NCBI GenBank assembly: GCA_951406725.2
Contig: OX597842.1
Span: forward strand, 11,408,001 to 11,472,000
Source of the DNA: Octopus vulgaris
Taxonomy: Eukaryota
Length of the DNA: 64,000 nucleotides
Direction: 5' to 3'
Shown: positions 47,712 through 62,534 of the stretch, in pieces
Position numbering within the stretch: the first letter of the stretch is position 1
Layout: each line of letters starts with the position of its first letter
Translations under genes and position numbers: made by a program
The notes under the pieces: model-generated
The model's input: the letters and a program-made list of their open reading frames with translations, nothing else
Told to the model about the DNA's origin: nothing
The model's database searches: none

Positions 47712-47873
47712 GGCGGGCTTCATTCAGTTTCCGTCTACCAAATCCCCTCACAAGGCTTTGGTCGGCCCGGGGCTATAGCAGAAGACACTTGCCCAAGGTG
47801 TCACGCAGTGGGACTGAACCCGGAACCACGTGGTTCGTAAGCAATCTACTTAACACACAGCCACTCCAACACC
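47344..47873 (-). mobile_element. SINE family A with expanded internal microsatellite
   Basis: Identity to other copies; ~170-bp (CATA)/(TA) tract inside. Confidence 0.9.
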
Positions 47874-48488
47874 TATATATATATATATATCCTGAATTTC
47901 CCGAAAATTCGGCGATTATTCCAGCTCTGGTTCGTTCCTTGTTTCCATTAATTATTCTAATCGTCATTTTGTTTATGTTCAACTGGTTCTCCAGCTTCTG
48001 TCCGATTCGTACATTTGTTTTTATTCATAAATTCGTTTAATGCAATCAGTTTAATTCCCAGAGAAACTGTCATTTCTGTTATTCACAAATCTATCATTTA
48101 CTCTCCAGAATCTCGAAGACAATAATAAAATGATTTCTTTGGAATACTCGTAGCAGCAGATCTGTCAGATGCACTTGTGGTGATTCGCAGCCGACGGTCA
48201 TCGACTTTTATTGACACCGGCGCCACGATGTGGTTAAGAAGCCGGCAACACAACTACGCGATCGAAGTTAAGACCTCTCGACTTTCTGCTTTCAAAACTG
48301 ACTCTGCGTAAGAATGGTTTATTTATAGAAGATATTATGGTTACAGGCGCAGGTATAACTGTGCAGTTCAGGAATTCCCTTTGAAGCAAAGTTGTGTCAA
48401 GTGCAGGTCCGCTGCCCAGCAGCTTGGTCAAGGGTCTTCTGATCTAGCTACGGGCTGACCGAGGCCTTCAGAGTTGAGTCGATAGACG

Positions 48489-48545
<57 letters not shown>

Positions 48546-48641
48546 GTTAATCCAAACAAGAAAGCACAAAAAACACAACAACGCGAAGACGTGGAACAAA
48601 TAAAGTATTATTGGACGCTCCGGAAAGAAGGAAAGAAGGAG

Positions 48642-48678
48642 TGTTTAACGTTTCGAGCGGAGCTCTTCGTCGGAAACA
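48642..48678 (-). ncRNA. Minimal hammerhead motif (core CCGACGA) in element 48546-48748
   Basis: Minus strand: tgttt-CCGACGA-a gagc tcc gctc-GAAAC GTT-aaaca. Confidence 0.65.
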
Positions 48679-48744
48679 TAGGAGAAGGAAAGATCCAGAG
48701 AAGGGAAGACAGAGGAAAAAAATCGGCAACGGTACACACGAGGT

Positions 48745-48799
<55 letters not shown>

Positions 48800-48800
<1 letters not shown>

Positions 48801-49377
48801 CCGGAGTAAATACATAAATGTGAAACAAGGTGGAAAAAAGAGTACTCAAATACCAGTGGTAGAGTAATATGCTTTATTTAAAAGCAGCAGAAATTCAACA
48901 AAACCTGTTACTCGGAGTTTCACGTTCCCGTTCGTCGGACAGTTTTGTTAAAATAGAACCGATATGACAATTCTATCAAGACTAGTATAAACGTTACAGT
49001 ATGTACTGTTGTGAAATATTTTAATATATTTTAATATTTTAATTTCAATTTTTATGTATTAATTATATTTTATGCATTATTAATGGCAATATGTATTTGA
49101 ACCAAAGCTTCGATTTAAGGTTTTTTCTCGATTTTTATAATTTTATATTTTAAATTGAACTCATTTATTTGTTTTGTTTATTTTTGTTTATCGCTCGCAT
49201 ATGACCATTATTTGAAAGGACCAATCAAACAAGTCCATTTTTAAAGGTGTAATGTTTATACTAGTCTTGATAGAATTGTCATATCGGTTCTATTTTAACA
49301 AAACTGTCCGGCGAACGGGAACGTGAAACTCCGAGTAACAGGTTTTGTTGAATTTCTGCTGCTTTTAAATAAAGCAT

Positions 49378-49378
<1 letters not shown>
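48800..49378. mobile_element. Penelope-like fragment with ~130-bp inverted arms; HHR motifs at 48900-48946 (minus) and 49300-49346 (plus)
   Basis: 48867-48997 is the inverse of 49248-49378; aaaactgt-CCGACGA-acg ggaa cgt-GAAAC tccga GTA-acaggtttt. Confidence 0.78.
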
Positions 49379-49699
<321 letters not shown>

Positions 49700-49789
49700 T
49701 AATAAATAGATAAAGGTTACTTAGAAGTGGATGCGTGCGTTCTATCATATAATAACAAAATAATAAATAAAACATATGCATATATACAT

Positions 49790-50150
49790 ACATATATGTA
49801 CATACCTACATCTATATGTATATATACATGCATATATGGGTACAGGACACCAAAAGAAAGTTAAAGACAATGAGAAACGAAAACATAAAAACAAAAACAT
49901 GGAAACGGACTTTTTTCAAACAACGAAAAACAGAGTACAAGTCATACAACACAAGGAACATTTCCCCTTCTTCAGATGTCCCTGTTTCATCTACTTCGCG
50001 TTTCGAAGGTAAGGACAAGACGCGACTTCGTTGAAGCAGTCCTTCCCGCAAAGCAAATTAAATAAAATTTGGGATTTTTTGCGAAGGGGTAGAAGTGGTA
50101 ACAAGAACAGGACAGTAAAAGCAATACAAATAAAAACAGTCAAAGATAAC
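49790..50150. mobile_element. Unclassified dispersed repeat, also at 11820-11974 plus 12636-12690
   Basis: tatgggtacaggacacca...gaaacgaaaacataaaaacaaaaacatggaaa is shared. Confidence 0.7.
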
Positions 50151-50328
50151 CTTCCAGACATTTTACTCTCCAGCCTTTATCAGGTTAAGAGTTGGGCTAC
50201 CTATCCCAAGATTCCGAGTTCAATTCCAGGCAGTGCCTTGAAGAAACAATAATAACAATAATAGAAACATCAGCTTAAAATATGTATATATGTATGTATG
50301 TATGTATCTATGTATCTATCTATCTATT

Positions 50329-50690
50329 GACCAAGGTTACCGTGGTCTTTTTCGTAGGCTTTTCTTCCCACGGATAAACCTTACTTGCTTTCCCCTTTAC
50401 ACCATACATCATGACACTGTGATACACGATCCCTATTGAACGTTTTTTCCTCTTCCCCACTTTTCCTCTTTTTTTCTTCTTTTTTCATTTTTCTTTTCTT
50501 TTGTTCCTTTTCCCTTTTTGCTTTTTTTTTCCTCCCCTTTTTTTCTTTTTTCTTCTTTTTTGTTCTTTTTTCCCTTTTACGATCCCTTTTGATCGAAAAC
50601 CTACGCCACCTTTTTTTTTCTCCCCAAAAGAAAAGCTCTACCTTGTAACTTGTCCCATCTGTGTGCAGCCCTGTGTGGCCAATAAAGAAA
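50329..50690 (+). mobile_element. Probable LINE 3' UTR fragment inserted in (TATC)n
   Basis: Pyrimidine-rich body; ends cttgtcccatctgtgtgcagccctgtgtggccaataaagaaa, resembling the SINE B tail. Confidence 0.55.
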
Positions 50691-50691
50691 C

Positions 50692-50739
<48 letters not shown>

Positions 50740-50820
50740 ATGTGTATATATGATAATGGAGTCTCTCGTCGTTTTATATATATATATATATATATGGGTT
50801 CGGGTTCAAAATTCCACCAG

Positions 50821-50866
50821 AACACCTGATGAAGGTGGCAGAGTAAACCAGCCGAAGCGCTGTGGT
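50821..50866 (+). ncRNA. Degenerate minimal hammerhead motif
   Basis: aacac-CTGATGA-aggtgg...ccagcc-GAAGCGCT-gtggt; GAAACGTT-gtgtt would be expected. Confidence 0.45.
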
Positions 50867-51492
50867 AACAACAAACAAGACGAATACACATATGCGTCCA
50901 ATGTAAATAATATAAATAAAGTTAGCCCCCACTATTTATCAACAAGGGTCGTTCCTGGTAAAGCAACGAGATGCATTTTCGTTATTGAGCCGCGTTTACG
51001 AGAATCATTTGCCACTGGCCCCAGTTATTGTAATGTGTGAATATCATTTCCGGATATCTAATTCACTGACATGGCGACATTTTTTTTTTATTCCAGAATC
51101 AAGGCGATGGCTGTAACAGCAATTTGAACACACAATACAAGGCACTACATGTCAAGATAGACTAGTTCCATGCGTAAGTGTGTGTGTGCGCGTGTATGTG
51201 TGCGCGTGTATGTGTGTATATATGTATATATATATATATTAAAAAAAGGAGATGTGGAACACGAGTTGTGAAATATAAAAGAGGAAATGAAGAAAATGCT
51301 GACAAAATAATTTAAGTAATTTAAGTAATTTAATTAGGTGAAAGTTCTTTTTACCGGTTGCGCATTTGTTATGCTTATCAAAATATATTTTTTAAAGAGA
51401 GATTAGAGTTCCTTCCTGATAGATTTTTTCCTCATATATATATAGAATGTAGACTGAAGGGAAACTGAATTCTCGTCGACAACTCTGATTGT

Positions 51493-51537
51493 CACACGCC
51501 GATGATAGGTCAATACCTTGAAACTCGAGTCCGTGTG
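51493..51537 (+). ncRNA. Minimal type I hammerhead motif (core CCGAUGA)
   Basis: cacacg-CCGATGA-t agg tcaata cct t-GAAAC tcga GTC-cgtgtg; perfect stem I and palindromic loop III. Confidence 0.75.
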
Positions 51538-52082
51538 TATCATAAGTTGAAGACGGGAAGGATGACTTCCCTTCACAAATACTGATAGGGCACAGAAAGT
51601 GTGTCTATAGCCAGCTGGAGGAGGTATCTTCTTGGGGCAATAAACTACAGTAACATCCACCCTTAAGGGTTAGCCATATTCAAATGGCAAATATGCGTCA
51701 CAATGTAGACTTAATATATAGACTTAATATATAATGATTTTCGTCATTTCTTTCTCTTTTGCCTGCGTCGTTTGCTATTTAAGGTATTTGGTTTTACTGA
51801 GATCTCCCTTTTAAGTAGAAAGAATAGCCAAAACCTTTTGACTGCTATTTCTAAATTCGGTGTGTAGTGAGGCAAATCGTTGCTAAACCCTTAATTACTT
51901 AGTATTACTTAAACCTTCCTTGAATGGGGCTTTTACATGTCGAACTCTACTTGGTGAAATTGATAATTATTTCTAAACTAATTAATTTGACCCTTTATTA
52001 TTGATAATTATATATATATATATATATATAAGAAATATTGAATTTCTAAATCTCTCGTAGAGAGATGTACGGTGGTGGAGCG

Positions 52083-52431
<349 letters not shown>

Positions 52432-53120
52432 CAGGTAATAATATAGGGTGAAATTAATTAATTTAGAATAATCATTAATTTCACCAAGTAGATTTCGGCA
52501 TGTAAAAGCCCCATTCGAGGAAGGTTTAAGTAATACTAAGTAATTAAGGGTTTAGCAACGATTTGCTTCACCACACACCGAGTTTAGAAATAGCAGTCAA
52601 AGAGTTCTGGCTATTCTTTCTACTTAAAAGGGAGATCTCAGTAAAACCACAGCACTTAAAAGGCAAACGCACGCAAAAGAGAAAGAAATGACGACATGTA
52701 AAAGCCCCATTCGAGGAAGGTTTAAGTAATACTAAGTAATTAAGGGTTTAGCAACGATTTGCCTCACCACACACCGAGTTTAGAAATAGCAGTCAAAGAG
52801 TTCTGGCTATTCTTTCTACTTAAAAGGGAGATCTCAGGGGCTTTTACATGCCGAAATCTACTTGGTGAAATTAATGATTATTCCAAATTAATTAATTTCA
52901 CCCTATATTATTACTGATAACCATATTTCATCCCAGTAGATAACCACAACATCTTATCCTGGCAGCACGCTGGTGGGAGGAGGTTGGTGACACAAACTTT
53001 CATTCACACTTTGAATTTGGTGATACTGGTAACGGCTTAAGCTCGCTCTGATACCATGAGTTGAGGTGATGTCTTCTAGTACCTCCAAATTTAATATACA
53101 ATTATTCATAATTGTAGAGT

Positions 53121-53211
53121 CCTACGCTGATGAGAAAAATAGTTGGGTAAGACATAATTATCTAATTTTTATACTTTCCTAAGACTTAATTTCGAAACGT
53201 ACGTCCGAAGG
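53121..53211 (+). ncRNA. Type I hammerhead ribozyme motif, canonical core
   Basis: cctacg-CTGATGA-gaaa..(~52 nt)..tttc-GAAAC gtac GTC-cgaagg; predicted cleavage after 53205. Confidence 0.8.
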
Positions 53212-53415
53212 TGACTTAATATAGAATGATTGTCGTCATTTCTTTCTATTTTGCCTGCGTTTGTCTTCTAAGTGCTGTGGTTTCTACTGAGATCTCCCTT
53301 TTAAGTAGAAAGAATAGCCAGAACTCTTTGACTGCTATTTCTAAACTCGGTGTGTGGTGAAGCAAATCGTTGCTAAACCCTTAATTACTTAGTATATATA
53401 TGTATATATATATGC

Positions 53416-53447
<32 letters not shown>

Positions 53448-53492
53448 TATAAGCATGTATGTGTGCATTCATTTATTTATTTATTTATACGC

Positions 53493-53795
53493 CCTTCTCA
53501 AGCCAAGCCAGGCTCGTGGGCCCGGTTTCCCGGTTTCTGTGGCGTATGTGTCCCTCCCCCAGCTGGACAGGACGCCAGTCCATCGCAGCGTTACTCAAGA
53601 AACATGAAGGAAGAGTGAGAGAAAGTAGTGGCGAAAGAGTACAACAGGGGTCGCCAGCACCCCCTGCCGGAGCCTCGTGGAGCTATCAGGTTTTTTTCGC
53701 TCAATAAACACACACAACGCCCGGTCTGGGAATCGAAACCGCGATCCTCCGACCGCAAGTCCGCTGCCCTGACCACTGGACAATTGCGCCTCCGC
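53493..53795 (-). mobile_element. SINE family C (tail type 1)
   Basis: Identity to other C copies. Confidence 0.85.
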
Positions 53796-54103
53796 ATGTG
53801 TACATACACGGTACATACATAAGTGAATACATGCACACATATGTAGACTTGATATATATATATATATGTGTGTGCGTATTTGTGCGTGCGTGTGCCTGTG
53901 TGTTTGCGTGCGCGTGTATGTATGTGTGGGTGTGTATCTATGTATCTGTGTGTGCATGTGTATAATCGAATGCAACATCTGCGAATTAATGTGACAATAG
54001 ATACTTCCCAAATTGCCAAAGTACTTGAAGCAGTCTGCAGGAGATACGAACGTACACATATATATACATATATACATACATACATAAATACATACATACA
54101 TAT

Positions 54104-54165
<62 letters not shown>

Positions 54166-54235
54166 CCCAATAACAGCTGCAACCGTCTATGGCGATAGTT
54201 AATCCCACACAATATGGCCAAGTACTTGAATCAGT

Positions 54236-54278
<43 letters not shown>

Positions 54279-54317
54279 GACGAGAGACTCTATTATCATA
54301 TATATATACACATATAC

Positions 54318-54364
<47 letters not shown>

Positions 54365-54735
54365 CATAAATACATACATACATATATACATATACACCTA
54401 TATATATATACATATATATATTTATATATACGTAGAGTTAATTATACCAATGCATATACATGTATGTATATATATACGTATATATGTGAGTATGAAGATA
54501 TATATATATATATATCGTTACATAGCATCTACAAACACATGTAACAATAGTTAATACTACCCAATAGGCCCGAGTGCTGCTGTCGATATATATTATATAT
54601 ATATATATATGTATGCATGTATGTATGTATATTTATCTATATATGTATATATGTGCATATATTTATAAGTTCTTACTTTATATATATATCCATATATGTC
54701 CAAATATATGTATACAGGTAACTATGTCCGAAGAT

Positions 54736-54799
<64 letters not shown>

Positions 54800-54979
54800 G
54801 GGGGAGGGTGTCACTATATAACATCTGCAAATGTATATAACAATAGTTAATTCCAAACAACATGCCCGAGTAGTTGAAGCAGGACAAATCTGTTATCAAT
54901 GATACCATTGTCTACAGGAATTCAAAGACTCTGCAGAATTGGTTCCAATACAACTGACCACTCAGTTAGATACATCCAA

Positions 54980-55298
54980 ACATATATATATATATATATA
55001 TGTATGTATATACATACATATATATATACATATATGTTTGTATATATGTATATGTATATACATATATGTATATACATGTATATACATATATATCTATATG
55101 TATATACATACATATATATATGTATATATATATACATATATATATATATGTATATATATACATATATATACATATATATATGTATATATATACATATATA
55201 TATATGTATATATATACATATATATACATATATATGTATATGTATATACATGTATATACATATACATATGTATATACATATATATACATATATATATG

Positions 55299-55333
<35 letters not shown>

Positions 55334-55677
55334 GTATATATATATATGTATATATATATTTATGTATATATGTACATATACATTTATATATATATATATA
55401 CATCTAAATATATATGTATATATATGTATTTACATATATATATAGATATATATTAATATGTATATACGTGTATGTAGGTATGTTTGTGTGTATGTATGCT
55501 GTGTATATATACATATGTGTCTGTGTGTGTATGCATGTGTGCGTGTGTTTGTATATTTATACATATATGTATGCAGGTAAATGTATGTACATATTTATGC
55601 AAATAAGTGCATAGCATTTATATATATACACTTGTGTGTCAGTACGTGTGTGCATGTGTGCATATGTGCGTATATAC

Positions 55678-55710
<33 letters not shown>

Positions 55711-55812
55711 CATATATATATACATATATATAGATAGATACATACACACACATATCTACTCATGTCTACGTACGTATATAATTAATAATACATATATATA
55801 TATATACACACA
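54980..55812. repeat. Degenerate (TA)n field
   Basis: Visible directly. Confidence 0.93.
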
Positions 55813-56425
55813 TCTACTTTTTACAGAGACATATAGACAAATATATACATACATTTCTATTTAGACATATCTATGTGCCTTTATTTCCTCATGTGCGCAT
55901 GTGCATATCTGCATATTTTGAGGCAGACATCAATACAGCCATACTGAAGTATATAACTTCTAATATACACGCATATTCATACATACATATATATATATAT
56001 GTGTGCATATATATAGTTATTTATTTATGTATATACACACGCGAAAATTGGCGCAAATAAATACAAGCGTCGTCATATAACATTAATTTATTTGCCATTG
56101 TTATCTCAACGGAGATAGTTTACAAATGGCGGCCAGTTTGGCGGTGCAGTCGGCACTGGTGGTGGCGGTGCTAGTAGCGGTGGTGGTGATGGTGGAAAAA
56201 GCTACAGACGCCAGCCAGGTTTAATTTACCATTTTGTATTCTGGTCACGTGTTTTCTGTGCCCTGCGTTCAAATCCTGCCTACGTCTGTCTCGATTAATG
56301 AAATTTTACACGCCTTTTTCTCTGACGTGAGGTGTTCCCATTTTTTTTTTGTTATTCTTGTAGGCGTTGTGCCCGCGAGTGTGCGACTGTATACGCATAT
56401 AAATGTGTTTGTGCGAAGGCACACC

Positions 56426-56486
<61 letters not shown>

Positions 56487-56609
56487 ACATATGTATATAG
56501 ATATATTTGCGTGTAAATATATTATATTCAGACTCTGAAATATACACTCATAAATTCTTTATGTATGTGTGCAGCCGTGTCTGTCCATCTATCTATCTAC
56601 CTATATATA

Positions 56610-56676
<67 letters not shown>

Positions 56677-56777
56677 GTATATATACATATATATATATAT
56701 TTATATATATATATATATACATGTATTTACATATGTATATAAATGTATATTTATATATATATACATGTATTTACATA

Positions 56778-56867
<90 letters not shown>

Positions 56868-56871
56868 TATA

Positions 56872-57345
56872 GGCGCAGGAGTGGCTGTGTGATAGGAAGC
56901 TGGCTCACCAGCCACATGGTTCCGGGTTCAATCCCACTGCGTGACACCTTGGGCAAGTGTCTTGTATTATTTTTGTGCTGAACAAGGCCTTGTGAGTGTA
57001 TATGGTAGAAGGAAACTGAAAGAAGTCTGTCGTGTATATATATATATATCGGTTGTCAAACCATCGCTTGACAACCGATGTTGGTGTGTCTACATCCCCG
57101 TGACTTAGCAATTCCGCAAAAGAAACCGATAAAATACATACTAGACTTACAAAGAATAAGGTGGTGCTCCAGCGTGGCCGCAGTCAAATGACTGAAACAA
57201 GGATACGATAAAAGAAAAACATATATGATATATATACCCACAAATGTATATATATATATATATATACATATATAGCCTCGGGCCGACCAAAGCCTTGTGA
57301 CTGGATTTGGTAGACGGAAACTGAAAGAAGCCTGTCGTATATATG

Positions 57346-57411
<66 letters not shown>

Positions 57412-57624
57412 TCTGTGTTTGTCCCCCTAGCATTGCTTGACAACCGATGCTGGTGTGTTTACGTCCCCGTCACTTAGCGGTTCGGCAAAAGAGACCGATA
57501 GAATAAGTACTGGTCTTACAAAATAATAAGTCCCGGGGTCGATTTACTCGTCTAAAGGCGGTGCTCCAGCATGGCCGCAGTCAAATGACTGAAACAAGTA
57601 AAAGAGTAAAAGAGTAAAAGAGAG
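56872..57624 (+). mobile_element. Two SINE A copies (56872-57218 and 5'-truncated 57272-57624)
   Basis: Identity to family A. Confidence 0.88.
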
Positions 57625-58794
57625 TATAGACAGCCTGATAGATAGATAGAGAGAGAGAAAGAGAGAGGAAGAGAGAGGAAGAGAGAGAGAGAGAGTTATA
57701 GACGCATGCGTTCTTACGCGTCTGTGTGTATGGTTCTCTGCGTTCTGAGGTCAAATCACGTTAAGGTCAATTTCGCTATTAATCGTTCTAGGGACATAAA
57801 TGAGAATTTATAGCGTTGTATGCGCAGGATATTCGCACATTGATCTCGAGGTCTTTGAATATTTGTTTTGGTTCCGTACATTGTCGAATCAAATGTGGTT
57901 TCTTGTGCTAGAAAAAGATAGGAAGAGCGGTTTTATGTGCTCCACCCAACCGTGAATGCTGCTTGTTTCAAAGTTATGAGCGAGTCACTTTCATGTAGCA
58001 AGCAGCAGCTATTAAGAATATAAAGTGCTCGTCTGCCCCAGCTACAAGTCATCTGGTTATCACTACGATACTATATGATATATGGTACAAGTCATGGCAT
58101 ATCATCGTTTACCAATCCAGACAAAATATTTTCTTAAAATTTTCTCAAATTTTTTTTCTAAACGGCTGTATATTTCATTTTATAGTCATTCGACGAACAC
58201 AATATTAAAGTAAGTTAATGGTGCACGCATAATGTCAAGAGTTATCCACCCTCGAACAAAGACTATGGATATTATACAACGATATCGTTTTTGACCTACG
58301 ACGATCTCTCCTGCTGTTGGTTTAGTGTCAGGAATTTACCTTGAGATTTTTGTAGCGATATTTTAATCACGTCCTTAGCTCAATGGCTCAGTGCCAAGAA
58401 GTAGCGACTCGACCTGGAGAAACTCCCCCCGACGATGGATATTATCTGAGCGCCTCTTTCTTCGTCTACCACTAGGTCTCCTGCCGGTTTACCCACTTAA
58501 TGCATCTGTCTTGCGTTTCTTCTCTCAATATTACCAGAGCTTTGATCTCCCGGAGTTGAGTACAGGTACTCTAAAGATCCTACGGGGGTACCCTATTTCG
58601 GGGGTAGGGTGCAAAACTATTACAATCATGTGTAGAGAAAACGGGCCCAAAACATGGATATTTGCTCCCGACGAAGGTGGAAATTAGATAACGTGATACA
58701 TATGAACCTGATTTCCAAATGTGTAGAATTACATATGTTTAAATAACAAAATATATACACACATATATACACAGGAAAGCATGTATCTATATTC

Positions 58795-59038
58795 TGTTAT
58801 TCTTTTATTCTGTTATTTTTCAGTCATTTGACTGCGGCCATACTGGAGCACCGCCTTTAGTCGAGCAAACTGGCCCCAGGACTTATTCTTTGAAAGCCTA
58901 ATACTTATTCTATCGGCCTCTTTTACTGAACAAGTACGTGGCGGGGACATAAATACACCAACATCGGTTGTCAAGTAATGGTGGGGGGACAAACACAGAC
59001 ACACACCTATACTTACATATATATATTTATATATGATC

Positions 59039-59084
<46 letters not shown>

Positions 59085-59614
59085 GACGGGCTTCTTTCAG
59101 TTTCCGTCTACCCAATCTAATTACAAGGCTTCGGTCCGCCCACTTCGGTCAGGAAGACACTTGCCCAAGATGCCACGCAGTGGGACTGAACCCAGAAACG
59201 TTTGGCCATGCTGGAGCACCGCCTTTAGTCGAGCTAATCGACACCAGGATTTATTCTTTGTAGGCCTAGTACTTAATCTATCCGATCCTTTTGCCAAATC
59301 GCTAAGTTACAGGGACGTAAACATACCAGCATCGGTTGTCAAGCGATGTTGGTAGGGGGAACAAACACAAACACACACACAGACACACACACACACATAC
59401 ACACACACATATATATATATATATATACATATATACATATATACGTATATACGACGAGCTTCTTTCAGTTTCCATCTACTAAATCCATTCACAAGTCTTT
59501 GGTCAGCAAGAGGCTATAGTAGAAGGCACCTGCTCAAGGTGCCACACAGTGGGACTGAACACGGAACCATGTAGTTGGTAAGCAAGCGATTTACCACACA
59601 GCCACTCCTACGCC
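58795..59614 (-). mobile_element. Two adjacent SINE A copies
   Basis: 58795-59197 and 59203-59614. Confidence 0.85.
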
Positions 59615-59976
59615 TATATATACATATATATACAGATACATATAAATATACACATATATTTACATATATGTATACATATACACATATATTTGGAATATAT
59701 ATACACATATACACATATATATATATATATTTATATATACGTATACACATATGCATGTATATATATATGTCTATCTGAACATTACATATATATATATATA
59801 TATGCAGATTTGCACATGCGCATTACTATGGACATTATTAAATGCATTAATCTCAGCGAATGCTGGAGTTCATGAATATTTAACACATCTTGACGGTGCT
59901 TGTCACCGCTTTTAGCCGGAATCCACCGATTATGAATAGGCGTGCGTTGAATATATATATATACATATATACATAC

Positions 59977-60249
<273 letters not shown>

Positions 60250-60269
60250 TATACAGACACTCATATAGC

Positions 60270-60643
60270 GGCAGGAGTGGCTGTGTGGTAAGTAGCTTGC
60301 TTCCCAACCAGTTTGTTCCTGGTTCAGTCCCGCTGCGTGGCACATTGGCCAAGTGTCTTCTACTAAACCGTGTGAGTGGATTTGGTAGACGGAAACTGGA
60401 AGAAGCCCGTCGCATATATATATATATATTTGTGCTTGTGTTTGTGTTTGTCCCCTCCCCCTCCAATCGTCGCTTGACAACCGATGTTGGTGTGTTTACG
60501 ACCCCGTACCTTAGCAGTTCGGCGAACGTGTCTGATGGAATAAGTACAAGGCTCAAAAAGTCCTGGGGGTCGATTTGTTCGACCGAAACCTGTGCTCCAG
60601 CGTGGCCGCTGTCAAATGACTGAAACAAGTAAACGGGTAAAAG
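60270..60643 (+). mobile_element. SINE family A
   Basis: Identity to family A. Confidence 0.85.
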
Positions 60644-60647
60644 ACTA

Positions 60648-60650
<3 letters not shown>

Positions 60651-60727
<77 letters not shown>

Positions 60728-60728
60728 G

Positions 60729-60775
<47 letters not shown>

Positions 60776-61036
60776 GCTCACACACACACACACACACACA
60801 CGCTCACTCACACACACACACACACACACACGCTCACACACACACACACAAACACACACGCTCACACACACACACGCTCACACACACGCTCACACACACA
60901 CACACACACGCACTCACACACACACACACGCACACACACACACACACACACACTCACAGACACACACACACGCACACACACACACACACACGCTCACACA
61001 CACGCTCACACACACACACAAACACACACAGACACA
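60651..61036. repeat. (CA)n tract with CGCT interruptions
   Basis: Visible directly. Confidence 0.97.
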
Positions 61037-61302
61037 GCCGTTCAAACAGACAGACGAAGAGAAATAGTGACTTTGAAGAGGTGGGCACGGGATGGAGCGG
61101 AGTCTGTCGTCAGACAAATATGTTAGAATCTGATACATGTAATGAGGGACGAGGGCAACTTAGATTAATGTAGATTATCTCAGCAATTAGTTGGCGAAAA
61201 CTCCCTCGGCGTGTTTCGAAACAGCGTGTTGACGCTGTACGTTTTGATTAAATCGTTTTGGCGTCCCTCGGTCGGGGTTCGATACTGATCGGTTTCGCTG
61301 AT

Positions 61303-61938
61303 AGTGGCGGCGGTGGTAGTGGTGGTGGTGGTGGTTGAAATGGTGGTGAAGGTTGTGGTACTGGTGTCGGTTGTAGTTCTTGTGGTGGTTGTGGTTGTGG
61401 TTGTGGTGGTGGTGGTCGTCGTGGTGATGCTGGTGTCGCTGGTAGTTCTTGTGGTGGTGGAGGTGGTGGTTGTGGTGTTGGTTGTGGTGGTGTTAGTCCT
61501 ATCAGTGGTGGTGGTGGTGGTGAAGGTTGTGGTGCTGGTGTCGGTGGTAGTTCTTCTGGTGGTTGTGGTTGTGGTGGTGGTGGTGGTGGTAGTCCTATCA
61601 GTGGTGGTGGTAGTGGTGAAGGTTGTGGTGCTAGTGTCGGTGTTAGTTCTTGTGATGGTTGTCGAGTGGTGGTGGTGGTGGTGGAGTTTGTGGTTGTTGT
61701 GAAGGTTGCTGTAGTGGTGGTGGTGATGGCTGTGTTAGTTGTGGTGACATTGATCGTGGCGGTAGTGGTGAAGGTTGTAGTGCTGGTGTCGGTGGTAGTT
61801 CTTCTGGTGATGATGGTGGTGTTGGTTGTGGTGATGGTTGTGGTGGTGGTGTCGGTGATACTTCTTGTGATGATGATGGTGGTGGTGATGGTAGTGGTGG
61901 TTGTGGTGGTGGTGGTGGTGGTGGTGGTAGTGGTGTTG
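61303..61938. repeat. (GGT)n-derived low-complexity tract with higher-order repeats
   Basis: ggtgaaggttgtggtgctggtgtcgg..gtagttctt recurs about 4 times. Confidence 0.85.
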
Positions 61939-62044
61939 ATAAATTTTTTGCGGTGTTGCTGGTGGTATAGAAATACAAACACACACACATACATGTATAT
62001 ACAACCACAGGCTCTGTGACACGCATATATATGTGTACGTACAC

Positions 62045-62206
<162 letters not shown>

Positions 62207-62277
62207 ATATATATATATATATATATGTATACGTATATATATATATACGTATATATATATATATATATATATATATA

Positions 62278-62495
62278 CTTTATTTTAAGCAGCAGAAAAT
62301 TCAACGAAATCTGTTACTCTGAGTTTCTCGTTGCCGTTCATCAGACAGTTTTTGCTAGCAAAAACTGTCTGATGAACGATGAGAAACTCAGAGTAACAGA
62401 TTTTGTTGAATTTTCTGCTGCTTAAAATAAAGCATATTACTCTACCACTGGTATTTGAGTACTCTTTTTTCCACCTTGTTTCACATTTATGTGTT

Positions 62496-62499
<4 letters not shown>
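62278..62499. mobile_element. Penelope-like terminal fragment with inverted copy; two HHR motifs (62307-62352 minus, 62361-62404 plus)
   Basis: Hairpin centred on gctagc; aaaactgt-CTGATGA-acggcaacga-GAAAC tcaga GTA-acag; same family as 28612. Confidence 0.78.

Positions 62500-62534
<35 letters not shown>

Noticed and set aside
49965-50040. Hammerhead candidate on the minus strand (gaaacgcg; ctgaaga)
   Set aside because: Core elements are in the wrong order or too degenerate to support.
58400-58570. Old RTE-like remnant on the minus strand (GRRPSGRRRKR)
   Set aside because: Too short and degraded to annotate confidently.
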